Source: Callorhinchus milii (taxonomy: Eukaryota). From it: a stretch of DNA of 64,000 bases. A program made the translations under genes and the position numbers. How positions within the stretch are numbered: position 1 is the first letter of the stretch; each line of letters opens with the position of its first letter. This document shows positions 63,379-64,000 of this stretch, in pieces. The notes below the pieces were generated by a model that saw nothing but the letters and a program-made list of their open reading frames with translations, was not told the DNA's origin and did no database searches. The stretch is from NCBI RefSeq assembly GCF_018977255.1, contig NW_024704742.1, positions 89,592,001-89,656,000 of the forward strand, in the 5' to 3' direction.

Positions 63379-64000
63379 AATCCAAAAAGTTATCATAACA
63401 TTTATCTGAAAAGATATGAGCATTGCTCCCTTATCTGGGCTAGCTTTTCCATTACTTCTATCACAAGGTATTATAAACAGGTCAAAGGTTCTTTTTGGGT
63501 TGTATCTCCTATGGGTGTTTATAACGTTTTCTGTGGACCAAACATAATAAGCGACAAGAGTGTTTTTTTGCTGAAATTGCTCCCACTGTTTCCATGGTTA
63601 TTGCACAGATTGGAAAAGAGGAATCCAGTCATTGAGGAATCCATTGGGAATGGGGTAGGGAATGTCGGCTCAGTAACCAATAACGTAAGTTGAAAGGACC
63701 AGGGAAAGCTACATCTTTAGAGAGCATTATTATTCTGAACTCAACTGCATGTCACCACTCATTACATGCCCCATACTTGTTGTCACCCCTCCTTCCACCA
63801 ACTAACAGCGTCCATGGACTGAAAGAATCAGAATAGCACAAGATGAAAGGAAGCAGAGAGAATAAAAATGGATAATGAGCATTATCTGACAGATCAAAGA
63901 AAAAACATACCTTGATTTGATCTGTGATGCAGTTGAATTCCCAATGGATCTGGTGTGAAAAATTGGTTAACAACCGGACAAACCAAAGGGAGCTCAAATA

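Noticed and set aside
1..64000. CRISPR array, rRNA, or prokaryotic/viral operon
   Set aside because: No regularly spaced repeat-spacer units, rRNA motifs or gene-dense ORFs; repeats are dispersed eukaryotic retroposons.

Overview
This 64 kb window is repeat-dense, AT-rich vertebrate non-coding DNA, probably intronic or the 5' region of a large gene. The repeat repertoire (Deu-domain SINE, shark-type Penelope termini, CR1 and L2 LINEs) suggests a cartilaginous fish; that is an inference. No complete or recognisable host protein-coding gene is present, and the ORF track is mostly noise or decayed retroelement sequence. Supported content: (i) a tRNA-Ala-like SINE (family A, long and short subfamilies); (ii) a DeuSINE-like SINE (family B) sharing its 3' half and L2-type stem-loop tail with family A; (iii) 5'-truncated L2 and CR1 LINEs; (iv) a Penelope GIY-YIG C-terminal fragment and a Penelope-derived 136-bp hairpin insertion with a 14-bp TSD; (v) a four-copy repeat resembling Vingi 5' sequence. 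Unexplained signals: a perfect 30-bp inverted repeat 635 bp apart (18303-18997); a CCAAT/NRF1-type promoter candidate near 27.9 kb with phase-compatible minus-strand exon candidates (donor at 27765, 26699-26614/26610, possibly 9679-9539); and a CpG-enriched promoter/5'UTR-like block at 56.9-57.9 kb. I see no demonstrable new biological system, only testable candidates. Family names are from recalled consensus features, not database searches, and repeat boundaries are approximate.
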